Shown: piece after piece, positions 8,220 through 17,910 of the stretch
Layout: each line of letters opens with the position of its first letter
Numbering within the stretch: the first letter of the stretch is position 1
Source of the DNA: a virus
DNA: 64,000 nt
Virus record (IMG/VR): IMGVR_UViG_3300045988_175656
Direction: 5' to 3' (one strand)
Notes under the pieces: model-generated
What the model was told of the DNA's origin: nothing
The model's database searches: none
Seen by the model: only the letters and a program-made list of their open reading frames with translations
Made by a program: the position numbers and the translations under genes

Positions 8220-10142
8220 ATGAAAAGAATTTTAGGTATTGATTTAGGCTCTACAAACTCAGCAGTGAGTGTGATTGAGAGTGGAAAAGCAATAATTGTA
8301 GTTAATGAGGAAGGTAGAAGAACTACCCCATCTGTGATTGCATTAAAGAATGGGGAAAGAAAAGTTGGAGAAGCTGCAAAAAGACAACGTGTTGTTAATC
8401 CTAAAGAAACTGTATCAATAATTAAAAGATTTATGGGGGCTGATTTTAATTCTTCTGAATGTCAAGAAGCTATTAAAAAAGTACCTTATGAAATTATTAA
8501 TAAGGATGGTAAAGCAAGAGTTCTAATTGAAAACAGAGAATATTCTCCTGAAGAATTATCTTCTTATATCATTTCTAAACTTAAAAAATGTGCCGAAGAT
8601 TATGTAGGTGGGGAAATTAAAGATGCTGTTATTACAGTTCCAGCATATTTTAATGATTCACAACGTACAGCAACTAAAGTCGCAGGTGAACTAGCTGGTT
8701 TGAATGTGTTAAGAATTATTAATGAACCAACAGCAGCTATTCTTTCTTCTGATATTGATATTAAACATGGTGAGAAAAATATTATGGTGTGTGACTTTGG
8801 TGGTGCAACAACTGATTTTTCTGTATGTAATTTGTCAGAAGGATTAACAGAAGTATTATCAACTTATGGTGATGTATTCCTAGGTGGTAGTGATATTGAT
8901 AATGCTATTGCAGAATGGATTATAAGCTCATTTAATGAAGAAAATGGTGTGGATTTAAAGAGTGATGCCCAAGCATTACAACGTGTCGTAGAAGCGGCTG
9001 AAACTGCTAAAATAGAGCTATCATCTTCTAGTTCTGCTGAAATTAATTTGCCTTATATTTGTAGTAAAGATAATACACCATTACATTTACAATATACATT
9101 AACAAGAGCTAAGTTTAATCAATTAACACAACCATTGATTGATAAACTGATTAAATGTGGTAAAGAGTCTTTGAAAAAAGCAAATCTTAAAGCAAATGAA
9201 CTTAATGGTATTTTGCTTGTTGGTGGGTCTTGTCGTTGTTTGAATGTACAAGATGCTTTAACCAAAGAATTTGGTGTAGAACTATTGAAATCAGCTAATT
9301 TGGATGAAGCTGTTTCATTAGGTGCAGCTATTCAAGCTAATATTATAGTTGGTGGAGAAGGAAGTTCTGATATGGTATTACTTGATGTAACTCCACTTTC
9401 AATGGGTATTGAAACAATGGGTAATGTGATGACAAAACTTATTGATGCAAATACAACAATTCCATGCAAAAAAAGCCAAATTTTCACAACTGCTGTGGAT
9501 AATCAGCCATCTGTTGATATTCATGTATTACAAGGTGAAAGACCAATGGCTAAAGATAATAAAACAATTGGTATGTTCCAATTAACTGATATTTTACCAG
9601 CAAGACGTGGTGTGCCACAAATTGAAGTAACATTTGATATTGATGCTAATGGTATTTTGAATGTTTCTGCAAAAGATAAAGGTACAGGAAAAGAACAGTC
9701 AATTAGAATTGAAGCAAGTAATGGTCTTTCTGATGCTGAAATTGAAAAAATCAAGCAAGAAGCAAAAGAACATGAAGCAGCAGATAAGAAATTGAAAGAA
9801 GAAGCTGATATAATTAATAATGGAGATGCTATGGTTTTTCAAACTGAAAAACAGATTGAAGAATATGGTGATAAAATTTCTTCAGATAGTAAGAAATCTT
9901 TAGAAGAACTAATTGAAAAGTTAAAAAATTCTTTAAAAGATAGAAATATATCTGATATTAAAGAAAACACTGATAAAATCACATCACAATGGCAAAAAAT
10001 TACTTCTGAAATGTATGCAACAGGTACTAATGGTGGTACATCTAATTTTGAAGATATTTTAAGAGGTGCAGCAAATGGTAATACAAAAACAGATACCAAA
10101 GAAGATAATGTAACTGATGCTGATTTTGAAGAAGTTAAATAA
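8220..10142 (+). CDS. dnaK: Hsp70 chaperone DnaK
   Basis: [69 protein letters not shown]; full length 640 aa. Confidence 0.95.
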   Translation: MKRILGIDLGSTNSAVSVIESGKAIIVVNEEGRRTTPSVIALKNGERKVGEAAKRQRVVNPKETVSIIKRFMGADFNSSECQEAIKKVPYEIINKDGKARVLIENREYSPEELSSYIISKLKKCAEDYVGGEIKDAVITVPAYFNDSQRTATKVAGELAGLNVLRIINEPTAAILSSDIDIKHGEKNIMVCDFGGATTDFSVCNLSEGLTEVLSTYGDVFLGGSDIDNAIAEWIISSFNEENGVDLKSDAQALQRVVEAAETAKIELSSSSSAEINLPYICSKDNTPLHLQYTLTRAKFNQLTQPLIDKLIKCGKESLKKANLKANELNGILLVGGSCRCLNVQDALTKEFGVELLKSANLDEAVSLGAAIQANIIVGGEGSSDMVLLDVTPLSMGIETMGNVMTKLIDANTTIPCKKSQIFTTAVDNQPSVDIHVLQGERPMAKDNKTIGMFQLTDILPARRGVPQIEVTFDIDANGILNVSAKDKGTGKEQSIRIEASNGLSDAEIEKIKQEAKEHEAADKKLKEEADIINNGDAMVFQTEKQIEEYGDKISSDSKKSLEELIEKLKNSLKDRNISDIKENTDKITSQWQKITSEMYATGTNGGTSNFEDILRGAANGNTKTDTKEDNVTDADFEEVK

Positions 10143-10193
10143 TATTTAAGGTAAATTAACATTAATAATGGTGCAGATTACGAATTAATTTTG

Positions 10194-10203
10194 TATATTT
10201 GTA
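10194..10203 (+). promoter_or_regulatory. Bacteroidota-type -7 promoter box
   Basis: tatatttgta upstream of dnaJ; bracketed by inverted repeat 10164-10172 / 10203-10211. Confidence 0.5.
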
Positions 10204-10239
10204 CCATTATTGGTTTAATAACACATTAAAGAAAGATAT

Positions 10240-11331
10240 ATGGCAGAAAAAAGAGATTATTATGAAGTGCTAGGAGTTGATAGAAATTCATCAAATGATG
10301 ATATTAAAAAGGCATATCGTAAGAAAGCAATTGTATTACATCCTGATAAACAACAAGGAAAAACAGATGAAGAAAAGAAAATAGCAGAAGAAGAGTTTAA
10401 AGAAGTTGCTGAAGCATATGAAGTTTTATCAAACCCTCAAAAAAGAACTGAATATGACCAATTTGGTTTTGCTGGACGTAATGGTCAAGGATTTGATATT
10501 AACATGCAAGACATCATGGAAGAAATGATGCGTATGAATCCATTTGGCAATCCATTTCATAGAAATCAATCACGCCAATATATGAAAGGTAGTGATATAA
10601 GAATACCACTTGTTTTATCATTAGAAGATATATTTAATGGGGTGCATAAAACAGGCAAATATAAAAGAAAAATAAAATGTCCTGATTGTAATGGTCTAGG
10701 TGCAAAAAATAAAGATGATATAACAGAATGTCCTCATTGTCATGGTACAGGTGTGTATGTTGAAACTGTAATGCAAGGAAATATGATTTTTCAGAATCAA
10801 ACAACATGCCCATATTGTTATGGTAAAGGTAAAATAGTTTCCAAACCATGTGATAGATGTCATGGAGAAGGTCTTATCACAGTTGAAGAGACTATTGAGA
10901 TTGATGTACCAAAAGGGGTAGAAGAAAATATGGCAATAACATTTAATGGTATGGGAAACTTCCCACAAGGAGAAGGTGTTCCTGGGGATTTAATTGTCAT
11001 TATTAAACTTAAACCTCATGGTAGATTTGATAAACAAGGTGCAACAATTTATGCAATGAAAGAAGTGTCAGTTATTGATTGTATTCTGGGTGTTAATTCT
11101 ACAATTCAGGGGATTGATGGAAATATTTACAAATTTAGAATACGTCAAGGTACAATGAATGGTGAACAATATAGGATTGCAGGAAAAGGTTTGCCAATAC
11201 TTCATACTGATAAACGTGGTGATTTGATTGTTATGATTAAACAAGATATGCCAAAAAATCTTACATCAGAAGAAATTGAATTGCTAAAAAAGTTAAGAGA
11301 AATGCCACATTTTAAAACTGAAGAAGAATGA
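10240..11331 (+). CDS. dnaJ: Hsp40 co-chaperone DnaJ (type I)
   Basis: J domain [12 protein letters not shown]; four CxxCxGxG zinc motifs ([32 protein letters not shown]); C-terminal substrate-binding region. Confidence 0.9.
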   Translation: MAEKRDYYEVLGVDRNSSNDDIKKAYRKKAIVLHPDKQQGKTDEEKKIAEEEFKEVAEAYEVLSNPQKRTEYDQFGFAGRNGQGFDINMQDIMEEMMRMNPFGNPFHRNQSRQYMKGSDIRIPLVLSLEDIFNGVHKTGKYKRKIKCPDCNGLGAKNKDDITECPHCHGTGVYVETVMQGNMIFQNQTTCPYCYGKGKIVSKPCDRCHGEGLITVEETIEIDVPKGVEENMAITFNGMGNFPQGEGVPGDLIVIIKLKPHGRFDKQGATIYAMKEVSVIDCILGVNSTIQGIDGNIYKFRIRQGTMNGEQYRIAGKGLPILHTDKRGDLIVMIKQDMPKNLTSEEIELLKKLREMPHFKTEEE

Positions 11332-11987
11332 ATGAAAACGAAATGTTAGATTATATTAAAAAATATGATTTAAAAAAATGTTTAAGTGTTATACTTCGAC
11401 AAAGTATATTCTTAAAATCAGCAATCAATCCTTATCATAATAATTTACATGCATTATGCGTATTTTATAATGCTATGAAAATTGTTGATGATATTAATAA
11501 AAAACAAACAGTTATATCTTGGGAACAAGCAAGAGTTTTAGGAATTGCTTGCTTGTTCCATGATTGTGGTCATGATGGTGGTAAATTCAATTTATGTGAT
11601 GAAGATAATGTTAAAACAGCTATAAAAAAAGCGCAAGAATATTTAAATGAATATGATGATAATAAGCTGTTTGATACTGTTGAAATGTTAATCAAAGCCA
11701 CTGAATTTCCTTATAAATTAGAGCCATCTAATATTCTTGAAAAAATTATCAGAGATGCAGACCTTATGATGATTTTTGAACCTAATCTAATTTATCAAAT
11801 GGTTTGTGGAATATGGAAAGAATATATACAGAAAGGTAGTTTTTGTGAATTAGATGAAGTAATTGAATGGTGTATTGGTTTTTATAGTGATGTTAATTAT
11901 TATACTAACTATGCTAAAAAAATGAAAGAAATTAAATTATCTTATAGTATTGAAAAACTTGAAAAATTAATAAATATATTAACTTAA
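11328..11987 (+). CDS. HD-domain phosphohydrolase
   Basis: NNLHALCV .. [10 protein letters not shown] .. RDADL; ATGA overlap with dnaJ. Confidence 0.5.
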   Translation: MNENEMLDYIKKYDLKKCLSVILRQSIFLKSAINPYHNNLHALCVFYNAMKIVDDINKKQTVISWEQARVLGIACLFHDCGHDGGKFNLCDEDNVKTAIKKAQEYLNEYDDNKLFDTVEMLIKATEFPYKLEPSNILEKIIRDADLMMIFEPNLIYQMVCGIWKEYIQKGSFCELDEVIEWCIGFYSDVNYYTNYAKKMKEIKLSYSIEKLEKLINILT

Positions 11988-12025
11988 TTTAATATTGTAT
12001 TATAGCTTTAATTAGATATTAGTTG

Positions 12026-12035
12026 TATATTTGCA
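12026..12035 (+). promoter_or_regulatory. Bacteroidota-type -7 promoter box
   Basis: tatatttgca; ATG at 12050. Confidence 0.55.
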
Positions 12036-12049
12036 AAAACATTAATAAA

Positions 12050-12418
12050 ATGAATGAACAATATATCAATAAATTATTAGATTGTATTAGGAAAACTGAA
12101 AATAGTATTAATATAGAGATAGTGTATAATTTATATGATATTGATATGACAGAGTTAAACGATAATGATAAAATGTCATTAATTATTATGTTATATAATA
12201 TGTTTGAGTATGGATGCAAAAAGAAAACTATTAAAAAAGTTTTTCCAGAATGGTCTGATTATAAGATAAAAAATATAGCTAAAAAAGTAGGATTAAATAT
12301 AGTAACATTATTTGATGATGAAGGGCATTTAGCTGGAAAAGGTTATATGTTTAAATGGGATGATGTGAAAAAATTTATGAGAGAATATAATTTTCGTTTT
12401 AATAAAAATTTAGTATAA
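12050..12418 (+). CDS. hypothetical protein
   Basis: ORF track frame; start moved to first ATG (12050) because 12023 is a TTG inside the promoter box. Confidence 0.55.
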   Translation: MNEQYINKLLDCIRKTENSINIEIVYNLYDIDMTELNDNDKMSLIIMLYNMFEYGCKKKTIKKVFPEWSDYKIKNIAKKVGLNIVTLFDDEGHLAGKGYMFKWDDVKKFMREYNFRFNKNLV

Positions 12419-12422
12419 TAAA

Positions 12423-12932
12423 ATGAGCAAATCCGCAGGTATTATTCCATATAGAATCAATAATGGACATATCGAATTTTTTGTTGGTCATCCAGGCGGT
12501 CCTTATTGGAAAAACAACCCATATTATGCGTTTTTAAAAGGCGGTCTTGAAGAAGGTGAGGATAGTTTTATGGCTGCAATTAGGGAATTTAAAGAGGAAT
12601 CAGGATTATCTCTTCCATCAGTTCCATTTATTAGTTTAGGTGCAGTAAAACAAAACTCTAAAAAAACTGTTTATGCTTATGGGGCATTGTTTGATATTGA
12701 CCCTGAGAAATGCTTTTCAAATGAATGTGAAGTGGAACACCCATCTAATTCAGGCATTAAAATAAAAATACCAGAAATTGATAAATATGCTTGGATGACT
12801 TTTGATAAGTTAAAAGAAATTACCAATAAAAACCATTTACTTTTTTATAAAGAAATTATAAATTATGAAAGAAATCAGGGCTTATATAAAGGTATAATGG
12901 ATGAAAATGGAAACATTATTAATGAAAAGTAA
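12423..12932 (+). CDS. Nudix hydrolase
   Basis: Nudix box GGLEEGEDSFMAAIREFKEESGL; HPGGPYW as in COG4119-type Nudix proteins. Confidence 0.75.
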   Translation: MSKSAGIIPYRINNGHIEFFVGHPGGPYWKNNPYYAFLKGGLEEGEDSFMAAIREFKEESGLSLPSVPFISLGAVKQNSKKTVYAYGALFDIDPEKCFSNECEVEHPSNSGIKIKIPEIDKYAWMTFDKLKEITNKNHLLFYKEIINYERNQGLYKGIMDENGNIINEK

Positions 12933-13495
12933 TGAATATTATTAAGGATTCAGATTTGATATGGGAAACAGATAATTTTGATGTTATTTTGGTTGGAACT
13001 ACAATATATTGTTCTTTACCAGATGGTTTTCAAAGAAAAATGAGACGAAAATATCCATATATTAATGATGCTAATAATACAACGCCATATGCTGACCCAA
13101 GAAAATTAGGTAAACGATTAACAATCCAAGGAAAACCTATTATTAGTTTGTGTTATATTTCAAAATTTAAAACTAAGAATGAATTTATTGATTATGATGC
13201 ATTAGAAAATTGTATTAAGACTGCAAACATTGAGTTTAATGGTCTTAATGTTGCAACAACTGTAATAGGTTCTTCTTGTTTTGATGGTAATGGTGACAGA
13301 GATAAAATTATGAAAATATTAGAGGAAAATTCAGATAAAATGAATTTAACAGTATATGATTATAATCAAATGTCACGGGCTGAGGAAAATAAAAAACAAT
13401 GGAAATATATTCAATCATTTAAAAAAAGTGACCCTGAAAAATATAAGAAATTAACTGAAAGTAGAAAAAAAAATTGGGATAAATTATATTTGTAA
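12932..13495 (+). CDS. macrodomain-like protein (tentative)
   Basis: FDVILVGTTIYCSLPDGFQRKMRRKYP resembles the macro-domain pattern (D.I.h..Nc...mG.G.a..i...yP); abuts the Nudix gene. Confidence 0.35.
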   Translation: MNIIKDSDLIWETDNFDVILVGTTIYCSLPDGFQRKMRRKYPYINDANNTTPYADPRKLGKRLTIQGKPIISLCYISKFKTKNEFIDYDALENCIKTANIEFNGLNVATTVIGSSCFDGNGDRDKIMKILEENSDKMNLTVYDYNQMSRAEENKKQWKYIQSFKKSDPEKYKKLTESRKKNWDKLYL

Positions 13496-13499
13496 TAAT

Positions 13500-13721
13500 A
13501 TGATAGGTGAGTTAACTGAAGAGAGATTTCTTCAATTAAAAATTGAAGAACTTATGATAGAAAAAGAACATTTTCGTTTGTTAAAAGAAAGTTATGAGGA
13601 TTTGTGTTGGAATAATCCAACAAATAGTTCTTATGAAATTTTGTTTAAACAAGCACAAGATAATTATGATTTAATCAGTGAAAAATTGAGTGTTTATAAT
13701 AGTTTATTAATGAATATATAG
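13500..13721 (+). CDS. hypothetical protein
   Basis: ORF track; ends in TAG; next ORF is in the same frame. Confidence 0.5.
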   Translation: MIGELTEERFLQLKIEELMIEKEHFRLLKESYEDLCWNNPTNSSYEILFKQAQDNYDLISEKLSVYNSLLMNI

Positions 13722-13724
13722 AAG

Positions 13725-14120
13725 ATGGTAAAACGTTTAAAATTAACAGAAGATATTATTTCTTTGATTTCAAATTTTCGTTTTAAGAAAATTAATGATA
13801 AGATGTCAGGATTTGATACTTATGATTTGTATGGTGGGACATATCTATATGAAGATATGGCATTAATTCTTGGTAAATTTGACCAAATGATACCAGGAAC
13901 AGAAAATAGTCCAATGGGTAGACAGTTTCCAGAGGAGTTAGTAAAATATTTCAAAGAGCTAGATGAATTTATTATAGAAAATCTATCTGATTTAGAAAAT
14001 ATTGTACATCAATTTATTCGTAAGGGTTTAAAACCTGGAATTTACGAAACAATTGATTATGAACAAATTTGGAAGTTCAAAGAAGAGGTAATTGAAAAGA
14101 AAATTGAAAAAGTAATGTAG
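13725..14120 (+). CDS. hypothetical protein
   Basis: ORF track; ends in TAG; next ORF (IF3) is in the same frame. Confidence 0.55.
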   Translation: MVKRLKLTEDIISLISNFRFKKINDKMSGFDTYDLYGGTYLYEDMALILGKFDQMIPGTENSPMGRQFPEELVKYFKELDEFIIENLSDLENIVHQFIRKGLKPGIYETIDYEQIWKFKEEVIEKKIEKVM

Positions 14121-14129
14121 TTTTTTTTA

Positions 14130-14648
14130 ATGGCTAATATTAAAAATAAAATAAATGAACCACGAATTAATGACGAAATTTGTGGTGTTGAAACAGTTAG
14201 AATTGTTGGAGACAACATTGAAAGTCGTGAAATTTCTCTTAGAGAAGCTAAGAGAATTGCAAGCAATTTGGAACTGGATTTAGTTGAAATTAACGGAAAT
14301 GTCAACCCACCTATTGTTAAAGTGGTAGACTATTCAAAATATATGTTTGAACTAAAAAAAGCATTAAAGAATAAAAATAAGAAAAATTGTGTTTTGAAAG
14401 AAATACAGTTAAGTACAAACATATCATCTAATGACCTTAACACAAAGGTCAGAAAAGCAAAAGAATTTATTGAGGATGGTAATAAGGTAAAAGTTGTTTT
14501 AACAATGAAAGGGCGTGAATTAGGACGTAGAGAAGATTCTAAGAAATCGTTATTGACTTTTATTGTTGAAATGGATGAAGTAGCTGTACCTGAGTCACTA
14601 CCCAGAGATGAAGGAAATAAGTGTACTGTTATTTTAAAGAAAAAATAA
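14130..14648 (+). CDS. infC: translation initiation factor IF-3 homologue
   Basis: INDEICGVETVRIVGDN..LDLVEIN..PPIVKVVDYSKYMFE (N domain) and KEIQLSTNISSNDLNTKVRKAKEFIEDGNKVKVVLTMKGRE (C domain). Confidence 0.85.
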   Translation: MANIKNKINEPRINDEICGVETVRIVGDNIESREISLREAKRIASNLELDLVEINGNVNPPIVKVVDYSKYMFELKKALKNKNKKNCVLKEIQLSTNISSNDLNTKVRKAKEFIEDGNKVKVVLTMKGRELGRREDSKKSLLTFIVEMDEVAVPESLPRDEGNKCTVILKKK

Positions 14649-14662
14649 ATTTTAATTAATAT

Positions 14663-15553
14663 ATGGCTTTAATTGTAGATTGCAAATCATCAAGTTTATA
14701 TTGGAATCGTAATAATGTTACAATGTTATATTTTGATGATATTAAAAAGTATGATATACTTACACCGACAGAAGAATATGAATTATTTGAAAAAATAAAG
14801 TTTGGTACTCCATCGGAAAAAGTAAAAGCGAGAGAAAAAATAATACAATGTAATCAACGATTTATTGTATCAGCAGCAAGAAGATGGTCAACATATAACA
14901 ATCTTCCTGATTTAATCAATGAAGCAAACATTGGATTGATGAAAGCCATTGATAATTTTGACCATACAATTAATAAAAGGTTTTTAACTTATGCAATATG
15001 GTGGATTCGCAAAGAGTTGAATGCATATTTAATAACAAAGGAAAATGTTGTAAAAACAAAAAATGCACATAAAATATATACTTCAGCAAATAAAGTTAGA
15101 AACGAATTTTATTCACGTGAAGGTAGATACCCAACCACTGAAGAAATAAAAGAATTAATTTATAAAAATTATAATTATGATATTCGTCATAATGAAGATT
15201 TATATGAGTTAAGAGTTTCATCAATTGATGAAACCTATTCTAATGATGGTGATGATGCAAGTTTTACAATGGAAGATAATAGTGAATATGCAATGGTTTC
15301 TTCAAGTTGTAACATTGAAGAAAATATTGAGAAAGACTATGAAAAAAGTTTTGTAGAATCATTATTGGTAACATTAAATGACAGAGAACAAGAAATAATT
15401 AAATTGTTATATGGCATTAATGAAGTTCGAGAGTTAAGTATTGATGAAGTTGCAGATAAATTGAATATGTCTCGTGAGAGAGTAAGACAATTAAAGTTTG
15501 CAATTCTTGATAAATTGAAAAAAGAGATGGAAGAGCTAAGAATAGCTATATAA
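14663..15553 (+). CDS. RNA polymerase sigma-70 family factor
   Basis: region 2: EANIGLMKAIDNFD, FLTYAIWWIRKEL; region 4.2: SIDEVADKLNMSRERVRQLKFAILDKLKKE. Confidence 0.85.
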   Translation: MALIVDCKSSSLYWNRNNVTMLYFDDIKKYDILTPTEEYELFEKIKFGTPSEKVKAREKIIQCNQRFIVSAARRWSTYNNLPDLINEANIGLMKAIDNFDHTINKRFLTYAIWWIRKELNAYLITKENVVKTKNAHKIYTSANKVRNEFYSREGRYPTTEEIKELIYKNYNYDIRHNEDLYELRVSSIDETYSNDGDDASFTMEDNSEYAMVSSSCNIEENIEKDYEKSFVESLLVTLNDREQEIIKLLYGINEVRELSIDEVADKLNMSRERVRQLKFAILDKLKKEMEELRIAI

Positions 15554-15589
15554 TAATAAATGGGAACTACATAGTTCCCATTTATTATT
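15552..15589. terminator. bidirectional terminator hairpin between convergent genes
   Basis: 17-bp stem aataataaatgggaact / agttcccatttattatt with loop acat; arm core identical to the hairpin at 24586. Confidence 0.7.
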
Positions 15590-16022
15590 TACCAATACCT
15601 CTAATTAATTCATATAGTTTGTTAATTTCATCAGGTGTAAAATGTCTTACAACACCATCTGCATCAGGTGTACCAGTTGCCATCTTAGAAAACAAAGAAC
15701 GTAATTCATCCTCTTTCTTCTTATCTGATGGATGCCATAAATCTCTCATTAATTGTGCATGATTTAAACTATCATCTTTTAATGAGTTCATTACTGATTT
15801 ATATTTGTTTTGTGTCATACCACTTTTTTCTGCATTTTTCTTCTCTTTAGATTTAGGAGAAAATCTTCGTATTGTGGATTTTGACGCTTCATCTAATTTA
15901 GATTTAATTACTTTTTGTAATGATTCAGATACAACTTGCTCAACTTGTTTTCTAACAACAAGTTCTTGTAATGATTCTGAAACTATATTTTTAATATTAT
16001 CTTTTGATATGTTATGTATCAT
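15585..16022 (-). CDS. hypothetical protein (K/E/S-rich)
   Basis: ORF track; isolated minus-strand gene; the + strand ORF 15805..16047 is treated as its shadow. Confidence 0.55.
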   Translation of the reverse strand: MIHNISKDNIKNIVSESLQELVVRKQVEQVVSESLQKVIKSKLDEASKSTIRRFSPKSKEKKNAEKSGMTQNKYKSVMNSLKDDSLNHAQLMRDLWHPSDKKKEDELRSLFSKMATGTPDADGVVRHFTPDEINKLYELIRGIGK

Positions 16023-16123
16023 ATTATATAAAACATTTTATATATAAATATCTAAATTAGATTAATAACATATTTTAATAGAAAAAAATTCGATAAATAT
16101 TTGGTAAGTTCAATATTAAGTTG

Positions 16124-16133
16124 TATATTTGCA
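16124..16133 (+). promoter_or_regulatory. Bacteroidota-type promoter
   Basis: tatatttgca, with TTTG at 16100-16103 (20-nt spacer). Confidence 0.6.
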
Positions 16134-16198
16134 ATGTCATTAGAAATAATGATAAAGAGATAAAGAAAAATAAGCAATAATTTAAAAAGTTTTCTGTT

Positions 16199-17851
16199 AT
16201 GACACAAAATTTATTTTTAGCAAATTTAGGTAAACATGCAGCACAAACAGCTAATGGTGCAGTAAGTAATTCAACAACTGGTCGTCTGTTAGTTGACCAA
16301 TTTGCAAAAGCAGGTGCAGCAAAGGGAAGAAATATTCAAGAAGTATTTGCTGACCAATCAGCTATATGGGGTGAGGATGCATTAGGTGCATTACGTTTTG
16401 CATTCTATTTGCGTATGATTACTCGTAAAACAAAGTTGTTTGGTGGAGAACAAACTGAAACTGTTCAACGAGGACAAGGTAATCAAGATGAAGCTTTAAA
16501 GCGTATGCTTTGGGTGGCTTTGTATCATCCTGAAACATTTTATAAAAACTTGTGGATTGTTCCACTTGTCGGTTCTTGGAAAGATTTGTGGATTTTACTT
16601 ACAATGTCTGATGAATTGAAAAAGGAAGAGTTTTTCAAAACAATGGCTGAAGGTATCAATGATGAAAATCAAAAAGGTCTGGTATTGAAATATTTACCTC
16701 GTATTCGCTCAAATAAGAAATGTGTTTCAGAATGGGCAATTAAGACTAATCAATTGGCTAAGGAATTTTGTAATTTTATTGGCTGGAAAGCTGAACATTA
16801 CCGTAAATTTAAGTCAACAGGTATTGCACATAAGTTCCAACAACTAATGTGTGGCGGATTATATGATAACATTGATTTTAATCAAATCCCTGGTCGTGCA
16901 TTGTCTATTATGTTGGCAAATGGTGGAAAATGGCTAAAAAATCACAATCTTGAAACTAAATATCAAGAATGGATTGAAAAACAACCAGTAGCCAAATTTA
17001 CAGGTTTTGTTTATGAACTTGGAAAACAAGTTCCATCAGTAAACAATTACATGACGAAGCCATTGTCATATATTCAAAAAATGACAATTGACAAACAATT
17101 TGATGGGTTAATCAAATTGGCAAAATCAGATAATGGTGGAATTAAAGGCAATGTGTGGTGTTGTCTTGATACTTCAGGCTCTATGAATACAAGCATTCAT
17201 GGTTTGAAAGATGTGAGATGTTGTGATATTGCTAATTCATTGGCAGTTTATTTTTCAACTTTAAATGAAGGTGCATTTCATAAGAGTGTATTAGCATTTG
17301 ATAATACAAGTAAACATTACAAATTGTCAGGTACATTTACTGATATGATGTCTAATCTTCCTCGTGTTGGATGTGGTGGTACGAACTTTCAAGGTGCTAT
17401 TGATGAAATTCTTCGTGTAAGAAGAAGTAATCCTAAAATTCCATTGGAAGATTACCCAAAAACATTGCTGGTAATATCAGATATGCAATTTAACCCAACT
17501 AGCAATAGTGGGTATTGGGGTTACAGCAATCGTAAATCATCAAATGCTGAAGTTTCCACAAATTATGAGGAATCCAAAAGAAAACTTCTTCAGGCATTCC
17601 CAAAAGAATTTGTTGATGAAATGAAGTTTATATGGTGGCATGTAACTTCTCAATATAAAGATTTCCCATCAAGTATTGATGACCCAGGAACATACATGTT
17701 CTCAGGTTTTGATGGGGCTGTTGTTAGTTTACTTCTTGGTGGAGATGCTACTGTTGTAGATGAAAAAACAGGTGAAACTCGTCAACTTTCAATGGAAGAA
17801 ATGGTTCAAAAGGCTTTGACACAAGAATTGTTATTGCAATTGAAGTTGTAG
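16199..17851 (+). CDS. TROVE/DUF2828-like helical domain plus vWA domain protein (Ro60-like architecture)
   Basis: N-terminal TANGAVSNSTTG..LRFAFYLRMITR..GSWKDLW pattern; C-terminal vWA with MIDAS-like CCLDTSGSM and LLVISDMQFN. Confidence 0.55.
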   Translation: MTQNLFLANLGKHAAQTANGAVSNSTTGRLLVDQFAKAGAAKGRNIQEVFADQSAIWGEDALGALRFAFYLRMITRKTKLFGGEQTETVQRGQGNQDEALKRMLWVALYHPETFYKNLWIVPLVGSWKDLWILLTMSDELKKEEFFKTMAEGINDENQKGLVLKYLPRIRSNKKCVSEWAIKTNQLAKEFCNFIGWKAEHYRKFKSTGIAHKFQQLMCGGLYDNIDFNQIPGRALSIMLANGGKWLKNHNLETKYQEWIEKQPVAKFTGFVYELGKQVPSVNNYMTKPLSYIQKMTIDKQFDGLIKLAKSDNGGIKGNVWCCLDTSGSMNTSIHGLKDVRCCDIANSLAVYFSTLNEGAFHKSVLAFDNTSKHYKLSGTFTDMMSNLPRVGCGGTNFQGAIDEILRVRRSNPKIPLEDYPKTLLVISDMQFNPTSNSGYWGYSNRKSSNAEVSTNYEESKRKLLQAFPKEFVDEMKFIWWHVTSQYKDFPSSIDDPGTYMFSGFDGAVVSLLLGGDATVVDEKTGETRQLSMEEMVQKALTQELLLQLKL

Positions 17852-17870
17852 AGATTAGTCTTTAATTTTA

Positions 17871-17898
17871 AGAGGGAGAGAAGCAAAAATCTCCCTCT
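17871..17898 (+). terminator. rho-independent terminator
   Basis: agagggaga..tctccctct 9-bp GC-rich stem followed by ttttt. Confidence 0.65.
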
Positions 17899-17910
17899 TT
17901 TTGTTAAAAA

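Noticed and set aside
10142-10240. A CIRCE/HrcA heat-shock operator between dnaK and dnaJ
   Set aside because: The inverted repeat present (AATAATGGT..ACCATTATT) bears no resemblance to the CIRCE consensus TTAGCACTC-N9-GAGTGCTAA.
12023-12049. Upstream-extended starts proposed by the ORF track at 12023, 27603, 28768, 33203, 39133, 40657, 41911, 42377, 43381, 48687, 54262, 54456, 55491 and 61391
   Set aside because: Those I checked at the nucleotide level (12023, 27603, 54262, 61391) begin at TTG. The extensions run through the promoter box or terminator, or overlap the previous gene extensively. A downstream ATG placed right after the upstream stop or promoter gives a cleaner model.
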